In this document: positions 35,996-49,189 of the stretch, piece after piece
Position numbering within the stretch: the first letter of the stretch is position 1
Layout of the letters: each line of letters opens with the position of its first letter
Assembly: GCF_964355755.1 (NCBI RefSeq)
Contig: NC_092672.1
Location: 8,432,001 to 8,496,000, forward strand
DNA from: Antedon mediterranea
Lineage: Eukaryota > Animalia > Echinodermata
Reading direction: 5' to 3'
DNA length: 64,000 bases
Made by a program: the position numbers and the translations under genes
Notes under the pieces: generated by a model
What the model was told of the DNA's origin: nothing
What the model saw: the letters and a program-made list of their open reading frames with translations, nothing else
Databases searched by the model: none

Positions 35996-38799
35996 ATGAA
36001 TTCATTGAAAATAGTGTTTGGATCATGTTTTGTTATAAGCGTGTTACTGTTTATTGGCGTTGACACTTGTACACTTAATGTGGCTATACGAAGTACCGAG
36101 CTCACAATAGAAAAGGTGCTGACATTAATTGGAGAACTAGTAAGTAGGCCTACGGCATTGCTTTCATACATTTTACAAAACAATTCTGTCAAAATGTGGG
36201 TTGGGATGAGAACTGAAAATAAGTACATTTATTTCGCTGGTTTCTTTTTTTTTTAAAGGAATCTTAAAATACTGTCTCAGATTTTTATTAGACGCTAGCT
36301 TTTATTATAAATTGTGTGTCAAACGAAGCCCCCTGTTTAAGGTGTCATGTTGACAAAAGTGTTTTACCCGTATTAATTGTATTCATTATAGTTTTCAACT
36401 ACAGTATAACATGATCGTATATCAAGCCCCAAGAAGTCTGTATTTATTGTATTTTTAATATTCGTCCAGCAGTCGACGTATTGATTTTTGTCTGAAATTA
36501 ATAGTAGTATACGTACGGAACGCCATATGTGCCAAAATATTTATCTTTATAAATATTAAAAAGTCAAAAGTCAAAACTCCGTCTGGAACCCAGACTAATC
36601 TAGAAGTATACGCCTATACATTTTTGTATCATTATTATCAGTATACGCGTATACGTAACACGTTAAGAAGTATACGCGTATTACGTAACACGTTAAGAAG
36701 TATACGCGTATACGTAACACGTCAAGAAGTATACGCGCATACGTAACACGTCAAGAAGTATACGCGTATGCGTAACATGTCAAGAAATATACGCGTACAC
36801 ATAAGAATTATGAAGTAGGCCTATACGCATATACGTAGAAGTACGCGTGTACATCAAGTATACGTACTGTATATTATCATATCAAGAAATATACGCGTAT
36901 GTTATTAAATCTATTAATTATCGTTTATATGCAGAATGATTGTGCTCATATTGATAAGAACGTAACACTGTTAAACACGGTAGAAGATTGTCTAGAAGAT
37001 ACTCGTGCAGTGCTTTCTCACGTGAGTACACACATTGTAGTAGTTATATTCAGACTACTGTATTTGAAAATTAGTGTTAGGCCTCCACAGTAAACAGTTG
37101 GTAATTGTGGGTGGCACACATATTATCGTGTAACATGGTAGTATATAATCTCACATGTTATTGTTTATTATTATCATCTGATCAAGCCGCAAGTTTGTAA
37201 ATAGACAACTCAATCCGTTTCTGCATGCGCGTGTGTAATGTTTTGGCAAGGGAAGGATGACAACCCGATTTGTGTGACGATATAGAGGGCGCACTTGACA
37301 TTTACCTAAATTACCAATAATAATTATTATTATTATGTTTACCTATTGTCTAATTACGGATACAACAAGTAGGCTTAGAGAATAAAGAGGCTAAACTTAA
37401 TTAAGGGAGTCACGGCGGGTTGGTTACGAATTTCGATATTTTAATTATGTGTATGTATTTGAACAAGTATTATTTCAATATTTTGCAGAATCGGGTTACA
37501 CTAACGTATAGACTACTTCATAACATTAAATATTACGTTGACTGGCTGCAGACAGTGAATCCATCATTATGTGTAGGCGACAATTTCACGTTGTTAATTT
37601 ATTTAGAGAATCTTCGAAATAACAGTATGGAACGTGTAAGTAGTATAAACTTAAGCCGTTTGTTCAGAGCTGGGAAAAAAATAATAATAATTTTTCAATG
37701 GCAAACATCTTTGCGAGAAACCAACATAAAGTTAAAAAGGACCATGCGGTGTGTAGATTAATAAATAGGCCTTGTTTCTTATATTTTTATGCAACACACA
37801 TATCACCTGAACTACTGTATTTTACGAGATCAAATTGACATTTTTTCAATGCTGATAATTTAAAATAATAAATAAAAAATACGTTGGTTCGTCTAGGTTA
37901 AATCATGGAGGAATTATCTAAACAATTCCTCTATGGTTGAAGCATTCTGAATTTTGATCAATGAAGATGGTATTAATTAATTAAAACTTTTATTACAGAT
38001 GGAGAATAATAGTCAATGCCAGACACAAAGTAACGTTCAAAAAATGAATTGCCTAGAAATAGATGTAAGTGAAATTTATTTAAAATTATTATTATTTAAA
38101 ATATGATGTTTTTATATTGTAAATGTAAATGGGGGAATAACCTGCGACTTGCAGCCTACTGGGATGAATTTGCGAACATGTGGACGACACATAGCACAAC
38201 TTTGTTCTCCCCTAAGTTGTGTCGATTACTGCCAGCAAACGGCGCCTGTCTGTTCGTCTGTCCACAACGACAGGGGCTAAATGGACCAGTACACCGAGGT
38301 AACCTACTCTTCCCGAAAAATGTACTACAACCATAAAGCAATCTGTCATGAGTTATCGACATTGTTGTGTGTTTTCAATTCAGTTTTGCTTTACTTTCGG
38401 ATTCACGTCCATTATAAAAGCTACACAAGTTATTTCAGCACAAACAAACAAATTTAAAAGATTTTAAAAAGACAAAACTATGCACAGTATATTATATTAA
38501 CCGGTATCAGATCATCTCAGGATCATTTTAATGAAGGCTGGATAGAAGAGGAAAGACGTAACACATAACAATAATAACTATTAACATCCATAGAATAATT
38601 AAAAAGTATTATTATATTTTCACGTTATACACTATTGTAATTGGTTATATTCGATAGAAACTTGTTATTTTCATTGTTTGTTTATTTGTTTGTTTAGGTC
38701 GTCCCTAGCAACCAAGCGACAGAAATGGATTACGTAAATATACTTTGGAATTTACATCATTTCCTCTATCATCTAAAGTACGAAATTCAACAGTTGTAA
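35996..38799 (+). CDS. Uncharacterised secreted 181-aa protein; putative four-helix-bundle (helical) cytokine, 5 exons
   Basis: Exons 35996-36139 (144 nt), 36935-37021 (87), 37489-37635 (147), 37999-38064 (66), 38698-38799 (102 incl. TAA). Donors are gtaagt/gtgagt/gtaagt/gtaagt and acceptors are YAG. All introns are phase 0 with no stops. Protein: MNSLKIVFGSCFVISVLLFIGVDT-CTLNVAIRSTELTIEKVLTLIGEL|NDCAHIDKNVTLLNTVEDCLEDTRAVLSH|NRVTLTYRLLHNIKYYVDWLQTVNPSLCVGDNFTLLIYLENLRNNSMER|MENNSQCQTQSNVQKMNCLEID|VVPSNQATEMDYVNILWNLHHFLYHLKYEIQQL*. It has a signal peptide, 6 mature Cys and 4 N-glycosylation sequons. The gene model is well supported; the cytokine identity is inference. Confidence 0.8.
36603..36900. 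repeat. ~28-bp degenerate CpG-rich minisatellite (aagaagtatacgcgtatacgtaacacgt)
   Basis: Tandem units contain the palindrome tatacgcgtata; lies in intron 1 of the putative cytokine. Confidence 0.8.
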
Positions 38800-40090
38800 T
38801 TAACACATTCTATGGGTTTTATGGCGCATGGCGATATATATACGTTTGAATAAGCTCGTAAACGTGTTTATTTGTATGCTTAGAAGAACATAGTGTGACA
38901 CATGTATGACCCTCACTTTAGGTACTTAGGAAAACTATAGATCGGATTAAGGGGAAGAGTTAATAATAGTGTTCTTCCTACGAACCTTATCATGATAATA
39001 CTTTCTCTTACAAGTTGGCCTAGTTTTATTTAGGATTGTTCCTCTTCGTAATTAGAAATTAAGCAAGCAAAAACAAACAAATTTGATTAAATCGCTCTTT
39101 TCGTAGATTTTTTATATACAATAGGATTTTTGCATATTCTAGCATATTTTTAAATTTATATTAATTAATTAAGTATACATCAAATACCGATGCTGGTCAT
39201 CGTTTGATGTGGTATTAAAAATAACATGACGTAATTACAATTGCAATGCAATTTAAAAATGGCATGACAAGTAAGTTCTATGAATTTTGTATTACCGCTT
39301 AGTAGGGACTTTTTACGGCACGTGTTATAGCTAATCGGCTAACACGAATGTATACACACAATTTATAAATAACACTCTGATACCAGAATTTGACAGAAGA
39401 AGCAAAGACAGTTGGAGCCGCTCATTGGTTTTATAGACATGCACGAACATCGTCGACGTCATGTAATTCAGTAAAGTCCCTTTTTATTATAGCTTCTGCC
39501 AAAACATGATCAGGATTCCATATGTATAAACTATTAACATTACTCATTGATGATTGCCACTAGTGTGACACTACTCGTATAATACGAGTGACTGTTGAGT
39601 GTCACACTAGTGAAAATAGTGAATGCACCCGAGTTTCACACGCCCACGCATTTAATCTACTCTTTTTGTCACGGTTGTGTCACCTTAGTAAACAATATAC
39701 CTGGTGTGTGTATTATATTGTATGGATGTCCATTGTCACGATTGTGACACCCGAATGTCACGCAGGCACCCGACAATGCCACGAGTGGCACCCGACAATG
39801 TTCGACACAACTCATTTTTATACTCACGAATGTTCGCCGAGTGTCCCTTGTGCTATGATAATTCTAACAGTTAGTTATGAGACTTGTAAATTCTATGAAT
39901 TGTATAATCATAATATTGTTACAGTTGTTGTTTTTTGATTATGAAACTAATAAAGTGCTTTTATTGTTTAATTTACTCTCGCAAATTGTCTTTTTGTAGT
40001 ATTCATTTTGACCAATATCTCTTGTTTCTGGTCTGTTGAGAGTTTATTTCTATTTTCTGGATTTCGATCCAAGAAGTGTTTGTCTAGATA

Positions 40091-40571
40091 CCGTAAATCT
40101 TCTAATTGTAACCTTGGGTTATTATTCTTTGATTGTTTTTTAGGGTGGGTTACTACTAGAAGGAGAGTTACTATTAGAGTAGTAAGTTACTATTACTAAT
40201 CTTAAATTAGGCACCTGAAAATAGTAACCCATCCCAAATTTTCCGGTCAGCAACTCATTGCAAAATATTAAAACAGTATGAATAAACAAATTTGTTTGAA
40301 AACCTAACTTTATTTCATAAACTCAAAACACTCAATCTTCCCACACCCTCGTATCGAGATCAACATGCATCATCTCCTTATTTCAAAATACGGCTGCATC
40401 ATAAAAGACCAGTCTTCATAATATCATTTTGTCAATAGTTGTGACTCTAATAGTAACCCCCATTACTCTACATAGAGTAGTGGGTTATTATTATAGATTG
40501 ACTTATAAAGTGGGTTACTATTAGAAGGAGGGTTACTATTAGAGTTTGGGTTACTATTAGAAGATTTACGG
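40091..40571. mobile_element. Tc1/mariner (pogo/Tigger-like) MITE
   Basis: ta|ccgtaaatcttctaat ... attagaagatttacgg|ta, i.e. TA TSD with CCGTA termini; internal gggttactattaga repeats. Confidence 0.78.
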
Positions 40572-42231
40572 TACGTACACAGATTCAAGGCAGGTCATGA
40601 CAATCGTACCATCTGGACAAATTGTTGGCCTAATGAAATGACTGCTTTTAAAAATACTAAAGCGTTCCATATTCTAAGACGGTGGACAGATGAGGCTATG
40701 TGTTACGCCCTCTGTGTGACGTATCCATATTGAATGAGGAGTTCCATACGTTATTCTACTATACTCCCGACTATACTAATACTGACGACATCTACCAGCG
40801 GAGTTTCTGTATAATGTATATCTAAAATTAATCATATTCATTATTTGTACAGTATCTTATAGACGATTTTCACTGTTGAGCACAGTGTATCATGAAAATA
40901 TAGTTAATTAGGGTAAATATAGAGTCACATGTGACAATGTTCCTATGATACTTTTACAAATTGTAGATAGCCCTAACAGTACCGAATCTACAATTAATGT
41001 GCCATTATATTATTTCTCCAGTCAGTGATTAATTATTTATTTAATTATTATTTATTTAATAGTTTGGTAGGCGCACCTGTATATAATACAATTGCCAATT
41101 TTCTGTGAAGAATTATCGTTATCCGAACCCTTGAAATACCGGAATGGTGTCCCGACAGGGCTTAGTTTTTTACCAACCCAGAAACCAGTTCTAGAAATAT
41201 CGGGATGGTGTCCGATGGGCGATAGTTTCACCATGTAGGCCTAGTTATATTTATTTGTTGTTAGCCGAAACCATTCAAATTCATTTCAATGTAAATGTAT
41301 GTATATGTTTACAAATGACAAATGTAGCCTACTTGACTTCTTTCTGACTATTTTACTTTATCGTTTTGATTTAGCTTTTTGCCTTTTTTTATTCGGATCT
41401 TCACTGAGATCCATTTATACCCACAGCATTGTATTTTTTATCAGTAATTGGATTTAGTGAGAATACTTACAAAAAAAGGCTTTAAAATAAATTTGGTTTA
41501 GTGCAGTATTAGAGCGAATGTAAATATCGTAAATCATCCTTTGGAATGCTATCCCTTTGACGTAATACAATTTTAGCCTCCCATGTCTTATACTAAATAA
41601 ATGTACACGGTGTATATTCTATCTACTTAGTATTAATAAGAACATCGTCATTGATATTTCGGCGCGTGACGGTGTATCATCAAAATGTTTGAGCTCACGA
41701 GTATTATAGTAATGTTTTCATTACGCTTCTGTGACGTAAGATCCACATGGCGCGTGAATAGTATCAATTACAACTCGTAGTAGTAGTTTAATAACGGTAA
41801 TAGTAAAACCATTATTTTGATTACCGTGTTGGTATGGCAACTCCTGACGGGAGTCAAGGAGGCGTCGATGTTTGACGCTATCAACCAACCAATGAACGTT
41901 ATTTGTTGGAAGTTATCCAACCAATAAAAAGTACACGTGCTTAATTCATAAAGCAAGTCTACATAATACCGGCCGGCGACACATTTAAGACAGATACGCT
42001 AAGTACAAGGATCAACCTCTAGCAATATATATAATATATTCTGCCAGACGAGTGAAATTATCATACTTGTGAAGATTACTATTTTACAGTGTGTTACCGG
42101 ATTTTACGATAATAATCGATATTGAACTGCAGTTCTTATAGAGGACCGAACACGTGGCGTTATTGATTATTGACCATCAAGTTATCTTGCTATAGGCCTA
42201 TCGATTTATTTATATCTTTTGAACATTTTAG

Positions 42232-44268
42232 ATGGAAAAGCTTAGCATTTTGTTATTATTCCTTGCGTCGTATATTGTTGTGTCTCTAGCGAGAAATTTC
42301 GCTAGTGTTCAATTCGATACAGAAGAACGAAAAGTTCACATCCAACACAATGGAGTGACTGTTTTGGAGACTAGCACTGGGGAAAGGGATGAAGTCGATT
42401 TGGTATTCCGTAGAGCATCAGATGGGCAACATTTTATACAAGTTCTGATGGACGGTGACGGAAATCTGAAAGACTGTGAGATCACTGAAAATAAAAAAGC
42501 ACTGCGAGAATTTTCATCACAATTTCAAGAACTTGAACTCGTACTCTTGGGACGAAAGGACAATGCACCGTATTTGGAAGCACCAATAAAATCCATAAGT
42601 GCGAATGAACTTGTAAATATAGAGGATATTAATTACAAACAAAATGGTAACGGATGGATGCATATATCATTCCAAAATATATCCGAGCTTCCTTCCGAAC
42701 TAAGTTCCGTCGTTGATGTGCAAAGTTTATTAAAATCTTGCCATATATTTCAAGAAGAAAACAAAGACACTGAAGTAGGCCTAACTGAAGCAGGAATGGA
42801 CAATAATGAATTAGGCCTAGAGAATCATCATTCAAGATCTAAAAGAGGTATCTCGTTCCCCGGAACGTTGTGGTGTGGTGGTGGCACGAACGCACAGTAT
42901 TACGAAGAATTAGGCGAGGAGGTTCATGCCGACAGGTGCTGCCGAGAACACGACCATTGCCCACTATACATCAAAAGATGGGAAACTAAGTTCTACGTTA
43001 GTAATCGAAGCTTCTATACATATTGCTACTGCAAATGTGATAAAAAGTAAGTAACACATTTATGTTATTGAAAATGTGTATTTTTTAGAAAATTCAGCCT
43101 TCCTTTGTAATACTATAGGCGAGACTTAAAAAAACATACAAGGTCCAGTGTACACATCTGGCTCGTCTGCACTTTAAAGCAAAGATACTACGTGGCGCTA
43201 CACGATCTTTGCTTTAAAGAACCCAGTTCATCTTTCGGAAGAGTAGGGGTCCATTCAGCCCCTGTCGTTGGGGAACAGACGGATGAGCGCCATGGTGGCA
43301 GCACTCGACAGGAAGAGACCATTAGGGGAGAACATTTACATTTTATGTAATGTCCAGTCATTTTTACCCTATATATATATATATAGTATTATAATAGGCC
43401 TATTAATAAAAAACCCTGAACAATATTGAGTGGTAGAATGTCCATGGAACTTCGGATTCTCTCATTTAAGCCATCCCTTAGCCTCAACTCCAATACAGTA
43501 ATAATATATTATAGTAATACTCCCCCTCGGCACTTTCACGATCGATTAAATATATGTACACTTGCCGGTAGGTGGTTTAAAGATTAACATTTGAACTTAT
43601 TAATATTTCTTTTGATAATTCTACAAGTTGCTAAATTAGTCTGGCAAACATTTAATCACCATCCCTAACAACCATGCAGTACCCACTCGCTTGATGAGAT
43701 AAACTAGTGTGACAACCTGTTTGTTCACAATTGAGGTTTGCCTCTCTTTACTTAGGAGTATAAACCGGTTAAGGATAGGAAGTGGTCTGTTTACAATTCG
43801 ACTTTTGAATAATAAGATATTTTAGACCTAATACTTAGACACACACATTATTTGGGTAAAGCCAAAGAAGGTCGTAGATTAAACCAAAAACCCATAAATA
43901 TTGAAAGAGTACCACCCTTTGTAATTTTTAGGCAAACATAGTTATGAAATACGTATATAACCATAATTGCTTGTTTCCGTCACAAGGTTTTGTCTAATGT
44001 CAGTAATATTTAAATGTTGTCTTGTTATCTGTTGATTTTTGCTTGTATACATTATATTATATTTTACGACTTTCAACCCTGTTAATAGTGACGTTTGGTC
44101 ACTGTAGGGTGATGATGAAATAAAAGTTAAAAAAATTATAAAAAAAAATCAATTGAAGACTAGCTAGGATAGGGACGACGTATTGAGGTAAAGATTCAAA
44201 GATTCAAACTTTATTCTCATTAGAAATTACAGAACAACAATTGAAATTACATTACAATAAAACGTATT

Positions 44269-44354
<86 letters not shown>

Positions 44355-47300
44355 AATAAAATGAAGAACTATTAAATTAGAGTATATTTCAGTTATAATT
44401 TTCATCGTTTGTAATTTTTGTAAAACAATTTACGAACTAGAGAGAGGAATAAAACTGCTTCAGTCATGCCTTTATCGACGCACGCATTTTTTTGTACAGT
44501 TTCAGATTTAATAACCTCATCAATCAATAAAATATCTTGCTTAACACCTGACAAATCTCATGACGAATTATTACTCAAAACGCTGTGGGATTAGATTTAC
44601 ATAACTTGACATGTATACGATTACCATAGTCGTAAGCTCATGAAGCAATAACAAATAAATTGTAATAATTTGTTTTAAATAACTATATAATAAAGAATAG
44701 AACTATCGATATATTTAAAGTCACATACGCTACGTATACATTACAGTAGGCTAAACATTCGGAATACCGTACACAATCAGAATATCGTGTACATTCGGAA
44801 TACCGTACACAATCAGAATATCGTGTACATTCGGAATACCATACACATTCAGAATATCGTGTACATTCGGAATGCCGTGCACATTCTTAATACCGTGCAC
44901 ATTCTTAATACCGTGCACATTCTTAATACCGTGCACATTCTTAATACCGTACACATTCGTTCACATGCAGAATACAGTTCACATGCAGGATACCGTTCAC
45001 AAGCGGAATACCGTTCATAAGCGGAATATACATTTGAGAAAACTGTTCACTTTCGAGAAAAACTTTCACATTCGAGAAAACCATTCACGTTCTGAAAACC
45101 GTTAACAATTGGAATACCGTTAACAATCCGAATACCGTTCACAATCCGAATACCGTTCACAATCGGAATACCGTTCACATTCGGAATACCGTTAACATTC
45201 GGAAAACCGTTCATATTCGGAATACCGTTCCAATTAAAATACTGTTAATTCTCTAGATGTTCTGATTGGTGGAACTTCCTTTAACCGCGACACCGAGTGC
45301 CTGGACCACTAACCACCACAGAGAAAACCTATAACTTGACTTCATTTGATAAATATGATTTATAAATAATTAAATTCCAAGTAAAATTAAGCCGAGAGAA
45401 ATTCTTCGAGTACGGTATGCAAGACATTATTGACCTATATCTTAAAAGTTCATTATTAATATCATCATCATCGTCATTTATTTAATTTTTTTTTTTTTTG
45501 GCTGAACGTGCAGTAATTTTGGCATGTACACGCCCAAGGACAACACATTGCATATCACGGAAATCCGAGTTAATTCGCATATAAATTCTTCACATTTGTT
45601 CAAAGTACCTAGACCTTGCTAGCTAGGACTATAAATGCAAGTGTCTGAAATGAAGGTGCCTGTACCCACATTTTAATTGTTGCTAAACAAAATTAATTGT
45701 TGGTAATATAAACAGAAAACCATGTAGTATTTTTTTTAAACATTTAACTGGTTTTAATTAAGTAAAGGCGCGGGTTCAAATCCCACCGTACTAGGTTTAT
45801 TTATGTCAGAGTTTCAATTAAGCTGCTTGATTACGAGAGAAAAACTTCTTCAAACAATGCTTATTATAATTACGAAGGCAGTTTTGATTTGAAGACGTGT
45901 TTTAACTGGGATTATTGTAGTAATACCAGATTAAAACAATTAACGATTACCTATTATTCACATCGTACGATATCGGTTCTCGAAAATAATTATGGCATAA
46001 TGGTACCATACCGAATAGTACCACCACCACCTGAACGCACGTGACATGCCTACAGTGTGATTCAATCCTACAGGGTACCATGGGATTATTCAATTAAATG
46101 TACATACCTTTCTTTGTTCTTTTAAGAGCTCGTCCAGTTTTCAACACGTAGTTTAGATAATTATACCATAACAACCGTTGCTATTAGCCGAACCTGACTG
46201 TATTACTTTTTTATAGGTGATATCGTACGATTTTGGATCGGACTGCCGCTGATTTTATAGCATGCAGAATTTTCATTTTAATCTGAGACAATTTATATAC
46301 TCTTACGAGAAATTCTTTCTTACAAATTAAATTTTATTTGATTTTATTCGGTTTCAACATGAGATTACAAGACAATATAAATGCAAACAATTTACAAGCA
46401 AATATATTAAATAAGAAATCAAGGATAGCCCATAAAGTCGAAAGAAAAATCAATGGGGTCCTTTAAAAACAGCATAGACAATCACAACAAGAAGCATAAA
46501 CAAAGAAATCAGGCATAACAATAATATATGGCAGAAGATATACAATTTAAAAAATAAAAGACAATAGAAATTGAATGACTTACAGCACGAACCTCGAATA
46601 AAGTAGAATGAAATCTTATGCGAGATAAGGCTTAATTAAATCCTTAATAATTATACTGGGTGGATACACATGTTGGGTTGGGTTATACCACCTATTGCAT
46701 AACAGTATAAATTTTGTTCCTGATTGCTGACATGCCCTTTATTAAGTCCTGTCTACACTATCAAACTTTATGTGATAAAAAAAATGTGATGTGACCATAT
46801 ATGGACACGATGATGTCATGTAACTACCAGGGCACAGCACTAGTATATTTGGGCACATCACACTTTTATTGTCAAACTAGTTTGATAGTGTAGACAGAGC
46901 TTAAACATTCTGATGATACTTGGGCGCGACATAAACTATTTATTGGACACTTACACACTCTAGACATGTTATACCCCATGACAGAGCAAACACTACAGTA
47001 CATAGTTAAATCATATCTGGTTCATGACACGAATCATTTATTGAGACTTATCGTAAAAGCAAACATTTTATCGTCAGCTTAAATTATTTATCTGTGATAT
47101 ACAGGCCTGATATGTTATTGAATTTTATAGTAGGCCTATTGCACAAATATAACATTAATTTGAATCACACGAAACACTTAACAAGAAATAAATTGACGTC
47201 TGATTTAAAAAACGAGAAGGGCCGGTGAGATAGGGAATGTGGTCCCCATCGAGCATCTAGTTGATCTAAATATTCTGCAAGATCATTCGTGATTCGGAAT

Positions 47301-48595
47301 TTTAAAATAAACTTGTGCGCGCTTGCTGTACTTTCTTGTTTTTACTGCGGAGTGTGAACAATGGGTCAACAAGAGGTTTATCTATCTTATCACATAAAAC
47401 ACAATTTTAAACAGTTTTAGTAAAAAAAATATTAAGTACATAAAAGTACAGGCCAATATGTCTGCATGATGAAAACGTCTAAATTAAGAACTAGGCCTTT
47501 GCACTTTGAATAGAAAAAGCATGTTGAATGTCAACATTGAACTATAGACCTATGTTGCCGGAATGTTTATCCATGGGCCTATACTACCGGATATAAATAG
47601 AAAAGGTCGTGTATGGTGCCATAGTGGTGTGGTGTCGTGTGGTACATAGAAGTATGTTTAGCCTATGACATTAACAGTATAGAACATTTACATTGTAAAC
47701 GTACTACAGTATTTTATTGCATACGGTATTTCATGCAATCGTCACCACAATCATTGATCAAAATCACACGGTATATTGTAGGCAGACAGACGATGGTCAA
47801 CAACCGCGCCATATTGTATAATATAATATTTATGGAACATACGACATTTACGAGACGAACTGTGGTAACTTGATAAGGTCATGAATTGTACGCGCCGCTG
47901 TCCACAAATTTCTGGACAACCGGTGTTATGATATTCTAATAATGCCACGTCGACTGAATGTGACAAGTTCACATATTAAGATCATACTATATACCTGTGT
48001 CTGCCATCACGAAAAATATTACCTCTTCGTGAGTCACGGATAGATATCGAACCAATTCCTACACACGAAGGGGATCGGCTAAACCATATTCTCTGTTGAC
48101 AAAATGATTCAGACGTAACACCTGGAACGGAAATTGGACTGAGACTCACACGTAATGAATGTCTCTTAAAACAAAAAAAATAAGGAATGAAACGAAACGT
48201 ATGCACAAAAAACTGTGACTTTACACATAAAACAACACGAAACCGTGAATCGAGCATCTCAAATGACCACCACGAACCGTGCGTACAAAAAGCGCGCGTT
48301 AAAATGTATGCAACTTTAAATCACTAAGATTATTAGATAAAATAGACCATATAGTGCAGATTACATAATGTATAATGTTTGCTTTTTTCTCCATAGGTTT
48401 CGTAGATGTCTCGAACGGGCCAACACCACCACGTCTCGTTCAGTGGGAAAGACTTTCTTCAATACGCTCGAGATCCCGTGTTTTACGATGAAGAAGAAAA
48501 AACAATGCGTAAAACGATCATGGTGGGGAAAGTGCGAGAAATATGAGATTAAAGATACGGCTAAGATCCGAGCCGCTAAACGATTCAAGCTGTGA
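42232..48595 (+). CDS. Group III secreted phospholipase A2 (bee venom/PLA2G3-like), 337-aa preproprotein
   Basis: Exons 42232-43046 (donor gtaagt, phase 2) and 48397-48595. Signal peptide, ~185-aa propeptide, furin site RSKR, then ISFPGTLWCGGG (Ca2+ loop), DRCCREHDHC (catalytic His-Asp), CKCDKKFRRCL, VGKTFFN...CF and WWGKC. The ATG directly follows a tttag acceptor-like site, so a 5' UTR exon is possible. Confidence 0.92.
44271..44351. repeat. (AT)n microsatellite, ~40 units
   Basis: Direct reading. Confidence 0.95.
44755..45230. repeat. 18-bp-based minisatellite (cacattcggaataccgtt), partly a 36-bp dimer
   Basis: Direct reading; lies in the PLA2 intron. Confidence 0.85.
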
Positions 48596-48953
48596 TAACA
48601 TACACTTTTGACATTTAAAATTATATTTAAACTTGGGCAGCTGGAAGATTTTATAATGTATTGCCTAAAAAAGACATTCCACGCGTTACGTCGATTAAGC
48701 AGTATGCCGAATGTAACGCAAAAAAATGCGAACGCAAACATCGACATAACGCGATATAAACTTATTGCGAAATCAGTGATCAATACAAATACCGCATTCA
48801 CGCAATACATGTAAATGTAGGGTTGTTCTGAAAACGCGTTTTCTTCGACGTTTTACACATTGTTGCACACTACAACAACTAAAACGCCTACTTACTGAAT
48901 TTATTAGTAGCAAACGTGTATCGTTTATATTGGGTAACAACATCGTGTTTTGC

Positions 48954-49158
48954 ATTGATTGGTATTGATTGATTGATTGATATTGATTAATTGATATTGA
49001 TTGATTGGTATTGATTGATATTGATTGATATTGATTACTTGATTGATATTGCGTGATTGATATTGCGTGATTGATATTGATTGATTGATTGATTGATTGA
49101 TTGAGTGATATTGATTGAGTAATATTGATTGATTGATTGATTGATATTGATTGATTAA

Positions 49159-49189
<31 letters not shown>

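Noticed and set aside
37999-38064. ATG-starting exon as an upstream coding exon of the PLA2
   Set aside because: It is phase-compatible, but it would bury the PLA2 signal peptide and fits better as exon 4 of the five-exon gene.
45765-45790. tRNA gene (gcgggttcaaatccc B-box)
   Set aside because: No cloverleaf or acceptor stem; likely a SINE fragment.
48361-48814. ORFs antisense to and downstream of PLA2 exon 2
   Set aside because: These are shadow or 3' UTR frames with no motifs.
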